A stretch of 32,000 nt of DNA from Fibrobacter succinogenes subsp. succinogenes S85 (lineage in GTDB: Bacteria; Fibrobacterota; Fibrobacteria; Fibrobacterales; Fibrobacteraceae), in assembly GCF_000146505.1 (NCBI RefSeq), contig NC_017448.1, positions 3,330,001-3,362,000 on the forward strand, read 5' to 3'. The notes under the pieces were generated by a model. That model ran no database searches. It was given only the letters and a program-made list of their open reading frames with translations, and was not told the DNA's origin. The translations under genes and the position numbers were made by a program. Shown here one piece after another: positions 23,355-32,000 of this stretch. The first letter of the stretch is position 1, and the number at the start of each line of letters is the position of its first letter.

Positions 23355-25489
23355 ATGAAACACGTCGTTTCTGTTTTCGCGTGTGCTGGCTTTTTTGCTG
23401 TTGCCAACGCACAGGTTTCTCTTCAGATAGCCTCTGGTGCTTTAGAATCGGCCTATGCCGAATGGGCATCTGATGGTTCCGATAGCTACAACGTCTATTA
23501 TTCGGGCGCTGGTGCTAGTGACGTCAAAGTGGATGCTCCGCTCATCCGCAAATACGATTCCAAGTACCGCGTGGACGTGGTGGGCCTCAAGGCTGGGAGT
23601 TACACGCTGAAGGTTGCATCCGTCAAGGGTGGCAAGGAGACTGCTTCGACCACATCCAAGTCGCTGACGGTCAAGGCACATGACCGCGCTGGATTCGCGT
23701 TTAGCAACGGACATGTTCCGGGCGCCTATAACGCAGACGGTACGCTCAAATCGGGAGCTGTCGTCCTCTACATTTCGGAATCGACAAAGAATACGGTCAA
23801 GCTGGATGTCGTCACGAGCAACAAGGGCGTCGTTACGGAAAGTGTGGGCCTCCAAAATATCTTAACTTCGTTCAAGAAGGGCTATGATAAGCGCCCGCTG
23901 GTGATTCGTCTCCTGGGAAATGTGACGGACCCCGAAGTGACCGACAAGGGTGACATCACCATCGATATGGGCAAAAAAGAGGGCCTTTCGATGACTGTTG
24001 AAGGCATCGGTAATGATGCGACTGCAAATGGCTGGGGTTTCCGCGTCAAAGGAACCCAGGATTTGGAAATCCGAAACATCGGCATTATGAATGTTGATTC
24101 CGACGAAGCGACAACATCACGCTCCAGCAGGATAACCAGTATATCTGGGTCCACAACAATGACTTTTTCTACGGCCATGCGGGTAGCGACAAGGACCAGG
24201 TCAAGGGCGATGGCGCCTTGGATTGCAAGCTATCGACTTATGTGACCTTTAGCTACAACCATTTCTGGGATAATGGCAAGTCCAATTTGCTCGGCCTTAA
24301 GGAAGGTGCCGATGGGGGCTATTACATCACGTATCACCATAACTGGTACGATCATTCCGATAGCCGTCATCCGCGTGTGCGTTACTACAGCGCCCATGTG
24401 TACAACAACTATTACGATGGCAATGCCAAGTACGGCGCAGGCTCTACGCTGGGTTCTTCCGTGTTCATGGAAGCAAACTATTTCCGCAATTGCAAATATC
24501 CGATGATGACCTCGTTGCAGGGTACCGACGTCTATGCGAGCGGCACTAAGCGCGATCCGACGAACAACGGTACGTTCAGCAAGGAAGCTGGCGGTACAAT
24601 CAAGGCTTACAACAACTACATGGAGGGCTCCTACACGTTCATTCCGTATGGTGCAAGCAAGTATACGCTCAAGGGCAAGGAAACCGCTATTGGGGATATT
24701 GATTCCAAGGTCGATTTCGACGCCTACGTGGTGACCTCGCGCAATGATCAGGTGCCGTCTAGTGTTAAGTCCTATTCGGGCGAAAATACCTATAATAATT
24801 TTGATACGGACAAGTCTATCATGTACAGCTACACGGCCGATTCTCCGGAACAGGCTGTGGCTAATGTGCTTGCCTATGCAGGCCGTTTGCAGGGTGGTGA
24901 TTTCAAGTGGACCTTTGACAATTCTGTTGATGATGCGTCCTCGGACGTGAACCAGGCTCTCAAGGACGCTCTCATGGCTTATAAGGGTAGCAACGGGGAA
25001 GTGATGGAATACTCATCTTCCTCTAGCGTCATACAGAGTTCGTCGAGCGAATCTCCGAAGTCTAGCTCTAGCAGCGTGAAGGTTGAAAGTTCAAGTTCTG
25101 CAAAGTCTTCGAGTTCTTCTGAAACCCCGAAATCTTCGTCCAGTTCCGTGGTCTCTTCGTCAAGTGAAAAAACGCAATCTTCCTCTAGCTCCAGTAGCGA
25201 AAAGGTCGAAAGTTCAAGCTCTTCTGAAACGATTGGCTTTGCAAAAGTTATGCCGGCGATGTCTCGCGAAATCTTCTACGATTCTCGCTCCGCCTGCCTT
25301 GTCATCGGAACCTCAGACGTTACTCGTTTGGATATCGTCGGTATCGATGGTAGTCGCGTCAATTTTGCTGGTTACACGAATGTAGGATACGCACGTGTTG
25401 TTGACTTGAGCATGCTTCGCGCTGGCGTTTACATCGTCCGCTTCAAGACCTCTCTCGGCTTGCAGACCATGAAATTCGTGAAAAACTAG
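23355..25489 (+). pseudogene. PL1-type pectate lyase interrupted by a 1-nt frameshift near 24108 (pseudogene or sequence error)
   Basis: Frame 1 (from ATG 23355, signal peptide MKHVVSVFACAGFFAVANA) runs to ..IGIMNVDSDE. From 24110 the +2 frame continues DNITLQQDNQYIWVHNNDFFYGH..RHPRVRY..NNYY (PL1 motifs), then Ser-rich linkers and a CTD-like tail. One extra G after GAA at 24105..24107 would restore DEGDNI. Confidence 0.8.
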
Positions 25490-25727
25490 TTATTGGTCAT
25501 TGGTTGTTAGTCATTAGTCTTTGGTTGAAGGTTCTTTTGGGGGCTTTAAAAAACTATTGACCATTGACTGATGACTACTGACTTTAGTAAACATTTTTAA
25601 TCAAAATGCCGTTTTTTGAGCGTTTTTGAATGTTTCCAAATTAATTACAACTATAGTAACCCCATATTATATATCTTTCGCTTGGGATTTGTGATTGCGG
25701 AGATTGGGTGAACCCAAAAGGATGTTT

Positions 25728-28454
25728 ATGAAAAAAGTCTTCGCATTATTGACGTGCGCTGCCGTGACCTCTGCCATGGCAGTGACTGCTAGCCGTGTTG
25801 GTCCGGTGAGCACATACGGTGAACTCGTCGCAAATGGTGGCAAGCTTTCTGGTTCTTGCCCGGAATACTCTCAAAAGGCTGTTCAAGTCAAGGGTATGAG
25901 CCTCTTCTGGAGCTCGGGCAACACCTATTCTACCGACTTCTACTCTGAAAAGGGCATCAACCGTTTGGTTGACGACATGGGTATCGAAGTTGTGCGTTTT
26001 GCTCTTGGTGCCGCTGACGAAAAGTTCAACAGCTCGGGCCGTTCTTACACGACGGGTGGCGAAGGCTTCCAGAAGGCTTTGCTCAAGTCTGTGGTGAACG
26101 CTGCTATTGACAAAGACATTTACGTGATTATCGACTGGCACATCGAAAGCTCTGACGGTTTTACGTCTGACGCTGTCAAGTTCTTTGAATACGCAGCTCA
26201 GGAATATGGCCAGTATAACAACGTGATTTTCGAAATTTGGAACGAACCGACCGGAAGCATGGAAGCCGTGAAGCAGCATGCCGATCAGGTTATTCCGGTA
26301 ATTCGTAAGTATTCTGATAACCTCATCCTCGTGGGTAGCCCGGGATGGTCCAGCCAGCCGAATGCTTGCGCTTCCGCAGGCATCAACGACAAGAACTATG
26401 GTTGTACGCTCCACTTCTATGCCGCAACTCACTATATGGGCGATGGCGGTTACAACAAGGCTGCAGAAACGGCTATGGCTGCAGGTGTGCCTGTGTTTGC
26501 TACCGAATGGGGTACCGTCAATGCTAACGGTGATGGCCAGCCGGATGAAGGCTCCAGCAACAAGTGGGTAGAATGGATGGCTCAGAAGGGCGTGTCCTGG
26601 ACGAACTGGAACGCTTCTGCCATGAACGAAACTTCTGCTGCATTTGCTAATGCCGTGTTTGAAAATGGTTTCACTTACACCAATTCTGGTAAGTATGTGA
26701 AGGGCAAGCTCGGTGGTGCATCTTATAAGGATTGCGGCCTCCAGAATGGTTCTGCTTCTGAAGAAAGTGGCTTCTCTGCTGGCGTTGCCAATGGCGCTAC
26801 AACTTCCATTCTCGATGACATGGAAGATGGCGACCGTTATGGTTACCTCGGTGGTGCATGGGCTGCTGTTGAAGACCAGGAAAACGGTGGCGCAAGCTCT
26901 ATTTCTAACGAAAAGATTGAAGATGACTTTGGCAACACGACCTATAAGGTTGTCTACCCGGTCAGCGGCGATACCAAGAATACGTCCAAGTATGTTGCAG
27001 CCCTTAAGGATGTTAAGATCGGTAAGGGTTCCCTTACTTACGGTCCGTACATCAAGATGTTCCTCACGCTCTTGAAGGAACCAGCAAAGGATTCCCCGAA
27101 GGCTTATGCAGACTTCTCCAAGTGCAAGACCATCAAGTACAAGTACAAGGGTGCAAGCCATAACTTCGCCATCGAAACGACCGATGTTACCGACTACAAC
27201 TATCACCGCGTGAACAAGGACGCTTCTGAAGGTTGGAAGGAAGTCGAAATTACGACGGATATGTTGAAGCAGGAAACCTGGGGTGACGATTCTCGCTCCA
27301 AGCCGATCAAGATGGAAAACGCAACTCGTCTTTCTTGGGAAATCAAGGGCCTCGAAAAGGTTCCGGACGATATGAACCAGCCCAAGTATCCGTACCTCTA
27401 TGTGGATGACGTGAAGTGCGACGGTCTTTCCTTCACTGCCGTTAGCGGTGGTGCTAGCGAAAATCCGAAGTCCTCTTCTAGTGCTGCAGTTGGTCAGAGC
27501 TCTTCTTCTGTTGTTGCTGGTTCTTCTAGCAGCGCAAAGGCAACTTCTTCTTCTAGCGCAATCGTTCCGGGTTCTTCTGCTACGGTAACCTACAAGACTG
27601 TTGTCGATATCGACGATGTTGAAGATCTTGACGAAGTTCTCAAGACAAAGGGTACCTGGTACGCTTACACGGATAAGGAACCGGGTGGAAAGTCCTCTAT
27701 TTCTAACGTCTATGACCAGAAGCTTGGTGGCTATGTGGTTGCCTTCCCGGGTACTGAAGATCCGACGAATGGCACTAAGGGCTTTGTGGGCTTGAAGGAC
27801 ATCAATTGGGATCAGGGAACCTATACGGAAGCTCCGTTTGTGGCTCTCGGCCTCAACACGAATGCTGATACCTCCAAGGGTATTGACTTGAGCAAGTGCG
27901 GTGCTATCAGCTACCGTTACAAGGGTTCCGCTCATACCTTCAAGGTTCAGGATGGTTCTGTGACGGACTACGCTTACCACGAATATCCGCTTGATGATTC
28001 CCAGGTTTGGAAGACCATGGTCATCAATATCGAAGACATTGCTCAGCCGAACTGGACTCAAGATCCGAAGGACCTCAACTGGGGTGCTATCAAGAAGATG
28101 GCTTGGGAAGTCATTGGCTACAAGGGCATTGTCTATCAGCCGACAATCAACTACCTCTATGTGGATGATCTCAAGTGCGTCGAAGTGCCGAAGGTCGGCT
28201 TCAAGACGGTTGCTCGCGCTGCTAGCGGCATCAAGGTCGGCTTCAAGGGCAATATGCTCAACGTGAACTTTGCAAAGGCTGGTGAAGCACGTATCCAGGT
28301 GTTCGACATGATGGGTCACGTTGTTGACAGCCGTGTTGCTAACGTCTCTGCCGGTGCAAACCAGTTCTCTCTCAAGAACATGGCTAACGGCAACTACGTT
28401 GTGCGTGTGATGATGAACGGTGCAGCAAAGACTGCTCGTATCTCCATCAAGTAA
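25728..28454 (+). CDS. GH5 endoglucanase with two tandem CBM-like modules and T9SS-like C-terminal domain
   Basis: ATG 25728 follows AAAGGA. Signal peptide MKKVFALLTCAAVTSAMA. GH5 motifs IFEIWNEP (acid/base) and FATEWG (nucleophile). Two ~200-aa homologous modules are encoded at 26802..27422 and 27594..28181. Ser-rich linker. The last ~85 aa are CTD-like. Confidence 0.9.
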   Translation: MKKVFALLTCAAVTSAMAVTASRVGPVSTYGELVANGGKLSGSCPEYSQKAVQVKGMSLFWSSGNTYSTDFYSEKGINRLVDDMGIEVVRFALGAADEKFNSSGRSYTTGGEGFQKALLKSVVNAAIDKDIYVIIDWHIESSDGFTSDAVKFFEYAAQEYGQYNNVIFEIWNEPTGSMEAVKQHADQVIPVIRKYSDNLILVGSPGWSSQPNACASAGINDKNYGCTLHFYAATHYMGDGGYNKAAETAMAAGVPVFATEWGTVNANGDGQPDEGSSNKWVEWMAQKGVSWTNWNASAMNETSAAFANAVFENGFTYTNSGKYVKGKLGGASYKDCGLQNGSASEESGFSAGVANGATTSILDDMEDGDRYGYLGGAWAAVEDQENGGASSISNEKIEDDFGNTTYKVVYPVSGDTKNTSKYVAALKDVKIGKGSLTYGPYIKMFLTLLKEPAKDSPKAYADFSKCKTIKYKYKGASHNFAIETTDVTDYNYHRVNKDASEGWKEVEITTDMLKQETWGDDSRSKPIKMENATRLSWEIKGLEKVPDDMNQPKYPYLYVDDVKCDGLSFTAVSGGASENPKSSSSAAVGQSSSSVVAGSSSSAKATSSSSAIVPGSSATVTYKTVVDIDDVEDLDEVLKTKGTWYAYTDKEPGGKSSISNVYDQKLGGYVVAFPGTEDPTNGTKGFVGLKDINWDQGTYTEAPFVALGLNTNADTSKGIDLSKCGAISYRYKGSAHTFKVQDGSVTDYAYHEYPLDDSQVWKTMVINIEDIAQPNWTQDPKDLNWGAIKKMAWEVIGYKGIVYQPTINYLYVDDLKCVEVPKVGFKTVARAASGIKVGFKGNMLNVNFAKAGEARIQVFDMMGHVVDSRVANVSAGANQFSLKNMANGNYVVRVMMNGAAKTARISIK

Positions 28455-28502
28455 AGACTGATGGCGCTCCCCGCTCTCGTGTGGAGCGCTTAAGTAACCA
28501 TC

Positions 28503-28537
28503 AAAAACGCCCCGGACATTTAGTCCGGGGCGTTTTT
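28503..28537. terminator. bidirectional rho-independent terminator
   Basis: AAAAA-CGCCCCGGAC-ATTTA-GTCCGGGGCG-TTTTT. Confidence 0.85.
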
Positions 28538-28557
28538 GCATGCTTTGAAAATGATAA

Positions 28558-28577
28558 GGGAGGGCTTGCGCCCTCCC
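28558..28577 (-). repeat. GC-rich hairpin GGGAGGGC-GCAA-GCCCTCCC (GNRA loop on minus strand), copy 2
   Basis: Perfect 8-bp stem. Near-identical copy at 28707..28726. Confidence 0.8.
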
Positions 28578-28582
28578 GAATT

Positions 28583-28608
28583 GTCATGCCCGCCACTGAG
28601 CGGGCATC
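28583..28608 (+). repeat. GTCAT-anchored hairpin (REP-like)
   Basis: GTC-ATGCCCGC-CACTGA-GCGGGCAT-C. Confidence 0.6.
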
Positions 28609-28622
28609 TCCCTAAACATTCC

Positions 28623-28697
28623 TTATTGCAAGTCTCGCTGCAATACCTCGCATTTTGCTTTTGCCCATTGGGTTCGATCTTGCTTATCGCAAGGCAT
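28623..28697 (-). pseudogene. relic copy of the tgt 3-prime end
   Basis: Minus-strand translation is [24 protein letters not shown]-stop. The authentic Tgt end is ..[16 protein letters not shown]-stop. 35 of 45 aligned nt are identical. Confidence 0.75.
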
Positions 28698-28706
28698 CTA
28701 TGACAA

Positions 28707-28726
28707 GGGAGGGCTCACGCCCTCCC
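28707..28726 (-). repeat. GC-rich hairpin GGGAGGGC-GTGA-GCCCTCCC (GNRA loop on minus strand), copy 1, in the tgt 3-prime UTR
   Basis: Perfect 8-bp stem, 33 nt downstream of the tgt stop. Confidence 0.8.
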
Positions 28727-28759
28727 TAAAACCTACCTTTTCCCAAAGTACAAAGGCTT

Positions 28760-29917
<1,158 letters not shown>

Positions 29918-29950
29918 TTATAGGGGAGTGGGAAAGGGCGCCAATGCAAA

Positions 29951-29982
29951 TAAAAAAGACTCGATTTTCATCGAGTCTTTTT
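29951..29982 (-). terminator. rho-independent terminator of tRNA-Leu copy 1
   Basis: Minus strand reads GACTCGA-TGAAAA-TCGAGTC followed by TTTTTT. Confidence 0.8.
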
Positions 29983-29983
29983 C

Positions 29984-30067
29984 TACGGTCGGACAGACTT
30001 GAACTGTCATGAGATTGCTCCCACTAGCACCTCAAGCTAGCGTGTCTACCAATTCCACCACGACCGC
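29984..30067 (-). tRNA. tRNA-Leu(GAG), copy 1 (G1-U72 wobble)
   Basis: 84 nt, GCGGTCGTGGTGGAATTGGTAGACACGCTAGCTTGAGGTGCTAGTGGGAGCAATCTCATGACAGTTCAAGTCTGTCCGACCGTA. Anticodon loop TTGAGGT. Long variable arm. T-loop GTTCAAGTC. CCA is not encoded. Confidence 0.9.
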
Positions 30068-30089
30068 GTGGTCCTTAGCGGAACGAACT

Positions 30090-30097
30090 CAAAGATA
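30090..30097 (-). promoter_or_regulatory. TAnnTTTG promoter-like box upstream of tRNA-Leu copy 1
   Basis: Minus strand reads TATCTTTG, with 22 nt between the box and the mature 5-prime end. Confidence 0.5.
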
Positions 30098-30187
30098 GTA
30101 TAATTTTTTGATTTTGGAAACTCTTGTTGCAAAAATAATTGATTTTTTTTCGATGTTGTCGCGTCATGTTTGGGGCGATACAACAAA

Positions 30188-30219
30188 CAAAAAAGACCCG
30201 ATTTTCATCGAGTCTTTTT
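30188..30219 (-). terminator. rho-independent terminator of tRNA-Leu copy 2 (one stem mismatch)
   Basis: Same hairpin as 29951..29982, with C at 30198 instead of T. Confidence 0.7.
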
Positions 30220-30220
30220 C

Positions 30221-30304
30221 TGCGGTCGGACAGACTTGAACTGTCATGAGATTGCTCCCACTAGCACCTCAAGCTAGCGTGTCTACCAATTCCACCACGA
30301 CCGC
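30221..30304 (-). tRNA. tRNA-Leu(GAG), copy 2 (G1-C72)
   Basis: Identical to copy 1 except at position 72 (G at 30222 on the plus strand versus A at 29985). Confidence 0.9.
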
Positions 30305-30325
30305 GTGGTCCTTAGCGGAACGGCA

Positions 30326-30333
30326 CAAATTTA
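30326..30333 (-). promoter_or_regulatory. TAnnTTTG promoter-like box upstream of tRNA-Leu copy 2
   Basis: Minus strand reads TAAATTTG, with 21 nt between the box and the mature 5-prime end. It lies in non-duplicated sequence, so it is an independent occurrence. Confidence 0.5.
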
Positions 30334-30403
30334 GTTTAAATGTTTGATCTTGTAAAGGGGTTTGTGCGCATTTTTATCAATTTTTTTGCGCGAGGGCTTT
30401 GCC

Positions 30404-31765
30404 TTATACCTCTGCAACAAGCTTGTCAAACACCTGCCCGCGGACTTTGTAGTTCTTGAACAGCCCAAAGCTTGCGCATGCGGGGCTCATAATGACCGTT
30501 CCGCCTTCGCCAATGTTCAAGCTATCTGCAAAAGCATCCTCGAGCGTGGGGAAGATGGCGGTCTTGATTCCCGCTTCGTCCACGCCAGCTTTCTTCAAGT
30601 CTGCGAGCATGCGCTCGGCTGTTGCACCGATCAGCGCAACGCGCTTCAGGTTTGGGCGCTGCTTCACGAGGATTTCTGAAAGTTCCGTAAAGTCAGCGTT
30701 CTTTTCAGAACCGCCGAGAATCAACGCAAACGGACGCTTCATGCTGCCTGTTGCCGCAATCGTTGCGTCCGGACGTGTGGCGTAGCTGTCGTTGTAGAAT
30801 TCAATACCGCGCTTTTCGCCCTTGAATTCCATGCGGAAGGGGAGCGTTTCGTAGCTCTTGAGCGCTTCAAATGCATCGGCAACTTTAACACCCAAAGCCT
30901 TGCAGGCGAGCGTTGCCGCAGCCATGTTTTCGAGCTGGTAAATGCCTCGCACTTTGCAGTCGGCGAGGTAAAGCGTAGAACCGTCAATCGTAAGTGTTGC
31001 TCCGTCAATCACGGCATCGCCGTCACCGTTGCTTGCACCATCGGCAAGGCTTACTGCGTACTTTGTCTTGGCCGGGCTTTCCGATGCAATCTTTGCCGTC
31101 GGCTCCGCGTCTTTCAGATAAACGCACGTGCCTTCGCGCTTTTGCCAGCGCACAAGATTAGCCTTTGCATCGCGGTATTCTTCAACGCTCTTGTGCCAGT
31201 CCAAATGTTCCGTTGAAACACGCAACACTACGCCTACATCTGGCGATACGGACAAAGTCATAAGCTGGAAGCTTGAAAGTTCTAAAATGCTGATACGGTC
31301 CGGAGTCTCGTCTTCAAGCAAGTCCAATGCCGGCACGCCAAAGTTTCCGCCGATGGCGTTAGCCTTACCACACTTGTCCAAAATGTGGCTGATCATGCTC
31401 ACGGTAGAACCCTTGCCGAGCGTTCCCGTGACACCTACTGTCGCTTTAGATTGAGTTTGTTCTAAAAACAGCTGGATCTGGCTCGTCATGAGTCCGCCGT
31501 TCATCTGGAACTTGAAAAGCTCCGGACTCATCGGATAAACACCAGCCGAACGCACGACCGTCACGCAGTCCTTGAGCCCGTCCAAATAGTTTTCACCACT
31601 GCTGACCTTGACGTTCACGCCCGCAGGCACATCCGGGAGTGTCACCGGGTTCTTGTCCATCACGACAATGTCCTTGATGCCTTCGCGGAAAAGGTAATGC
31701 AACGTGCTCTGACCTTCAACGCCAAAGCCCAAAATTCCAACCGGAGAAACGAGTGTGTTTTGCAT
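30404..31765 (-). CDS. murD: MurD-like UDP-N-acetylmuramoyl-L-alanine--glutamate ligase
   Basis: Collinear with E. coli MurD as I recall it: GGN-G-PAL, LELSSFQL, V-TEHLD, LP-R-E, SPACASF--FKN---RG--F. Atypical P-loop GTLGKGST, and NDSYAT where MurD has NDSKAT. Confidence 0.75.
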   Translation of the reverse strand: MQNTLVSPVGILGFGVEGQSTLHYLFREGIKDIVVMDKNPVTLPDVPAGVNVKVSSGENYLDGLKDCVTVVRSAGVYPMSPELFKFQMNGGLMTSQIQLFLEQTQSKATVGVTGTLGKGSTVSMISHILDKCGKANAIGGNFGVPALDLLEDETPDRISILELSSFQLMTLSVSPDVGVVLRVSTEHLDWHKSVEEYRDAKANLVRWQKREGTCVYLKDAEPTAKIASESPAKTKYAVSLADGASNGDGDAVIDGATLTIDGSTLYLADCKVRGIYQLENMAAATLACKALGVKVADAFEALKSYETLPFRMEFKGEKRGIEFYNDSYATRPDATIAATGSMKRPFALILGGSEKNADFTELSEILVKQRPNLKRVALIGATAERMLADLKKAGVDEAGIKTAIFPTLEDAFADSLNIGEGGTVIMSPACASFGLFKNYKVRGQVFDKLVAEV

Positions 31766-31838
31766 AAAAATCCTTGATGTAAATCCGATTAAAATTTAGC
31801 AACCCTTATCAAAAGTGGGTGCTTGAATAATCAAAAAC

Positions 31839-31867
31839 AAAAAAATCCGCTCTCTTTCGAGGGCGGA
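31839..31867 (-). terminator. rho-independent terminator of the partial gene at the window edge
   Basis: Minus strand reads TCCGCCCTC-GAAA-GAGAGCGGA followed by TTTTTTT. Confidence 0.75.
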
Positions 31868-31914
31868 CTTCTGAATGCGGTTTGACCGACTTGAAATCAA
31901 GTCAATCTAAACTT

Positions 31915-32000
31915 TTACTTGGCTTTCTTCTTGCCTTTCTTGGCCTTCGGAGCTTCTGCCGGAGCAGCAGCTTCAGGAGCCGGAGCGGCTTCGGCCTTCA
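31915..32000 (-). CDS. 3-prime end of a gene with an Ala/Pro/Lys-rich tail (..KAEAAPAPEAAAPAEAPKAKKGKKKAK-stop); runs off the window
   Basis: Open frame to the window edge, with stop at 31915..31917 followed by a terminator. Identity cannot be determined. Confidence 0.4.
   Translation of the reverse strand, partial: KAEAAPAPEAAAPAEAPKAKKGKKKAK

Noticed and set aside
24095-24115. Programmed ribosomal frameshift in the PL1 gene.
   Set aside because: There is no slippery heptamer and no downstream stimulatory structure at the junction. The site looks like loss of one G from GAAGGC, so a mutation or sequencing error is more likely.
29951-30322. tRNA-Leu direct repeats as att sites of an integrated element.
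   Set aside because: The repeats include the entire tRNA, leader and terminator, not just a 3-prime fragment. Only 102 bp lie between them. No integrase or cargo is present. This is a tandem gene duplication.

Overview
The window looks like core chromosome of a Fibrobacter succinogenes-like bacterium. This is an inference from a lipoprotein with two copies of the Fibrobacter major paralogous domain, Ser-rich linkers, and secreted GH9/GH5/PL1/CE15 enzymes. I call about 22 protein genes. They are: the start of the complex I operon (nuoA, a fused nuoB-nuoC, and the first codons of the next gene); a long bifunctional Rel/SpoT enzyme translationally coupled to an unknown 197-aa protein; a CE15 glucuronoyl esterase lipoprotein; thrH; hslO; a DJ-1 family gene; a stand-alone sufB; a long topoisomerase III; leuA; a class I aminotransferase; GH9, a frameshifted PL1 and GH5, each with a T9SS-like C-terminal domain; tgt; and a murD-like ligase. 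There are also two tandem tRNA-Leu(GAG) genes. I found no CRISPR array, transposase, integrase or recognisable defence or toxin module, so I cannot name a clear novel multi-gene system. The unusual content is mostly small-scale. (1) A diverged relic of the tgt 3-prime end with twin GNRA-loop hairpins. (2) Two in-frame insertions that look like palindromic repeats inside the aminotransferase. (3) An intergenic inverted heptad-repeat element (GTTGGTAGAACTTAG / CTAAGTTCT) at two loci, plus related stop-codon-rich spacers. (4) GTCAT-anchored hairpins. (5) A recurrent ATTCTAnnTTTG promoter-like box, which implies near-leaderless mRNAs for some genes. (6) A low-GC islet next to topB. (7) A murD-like gene lacking a conserved lysine. 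All product calls rest on motifs I recognised by eye; no searches were run.
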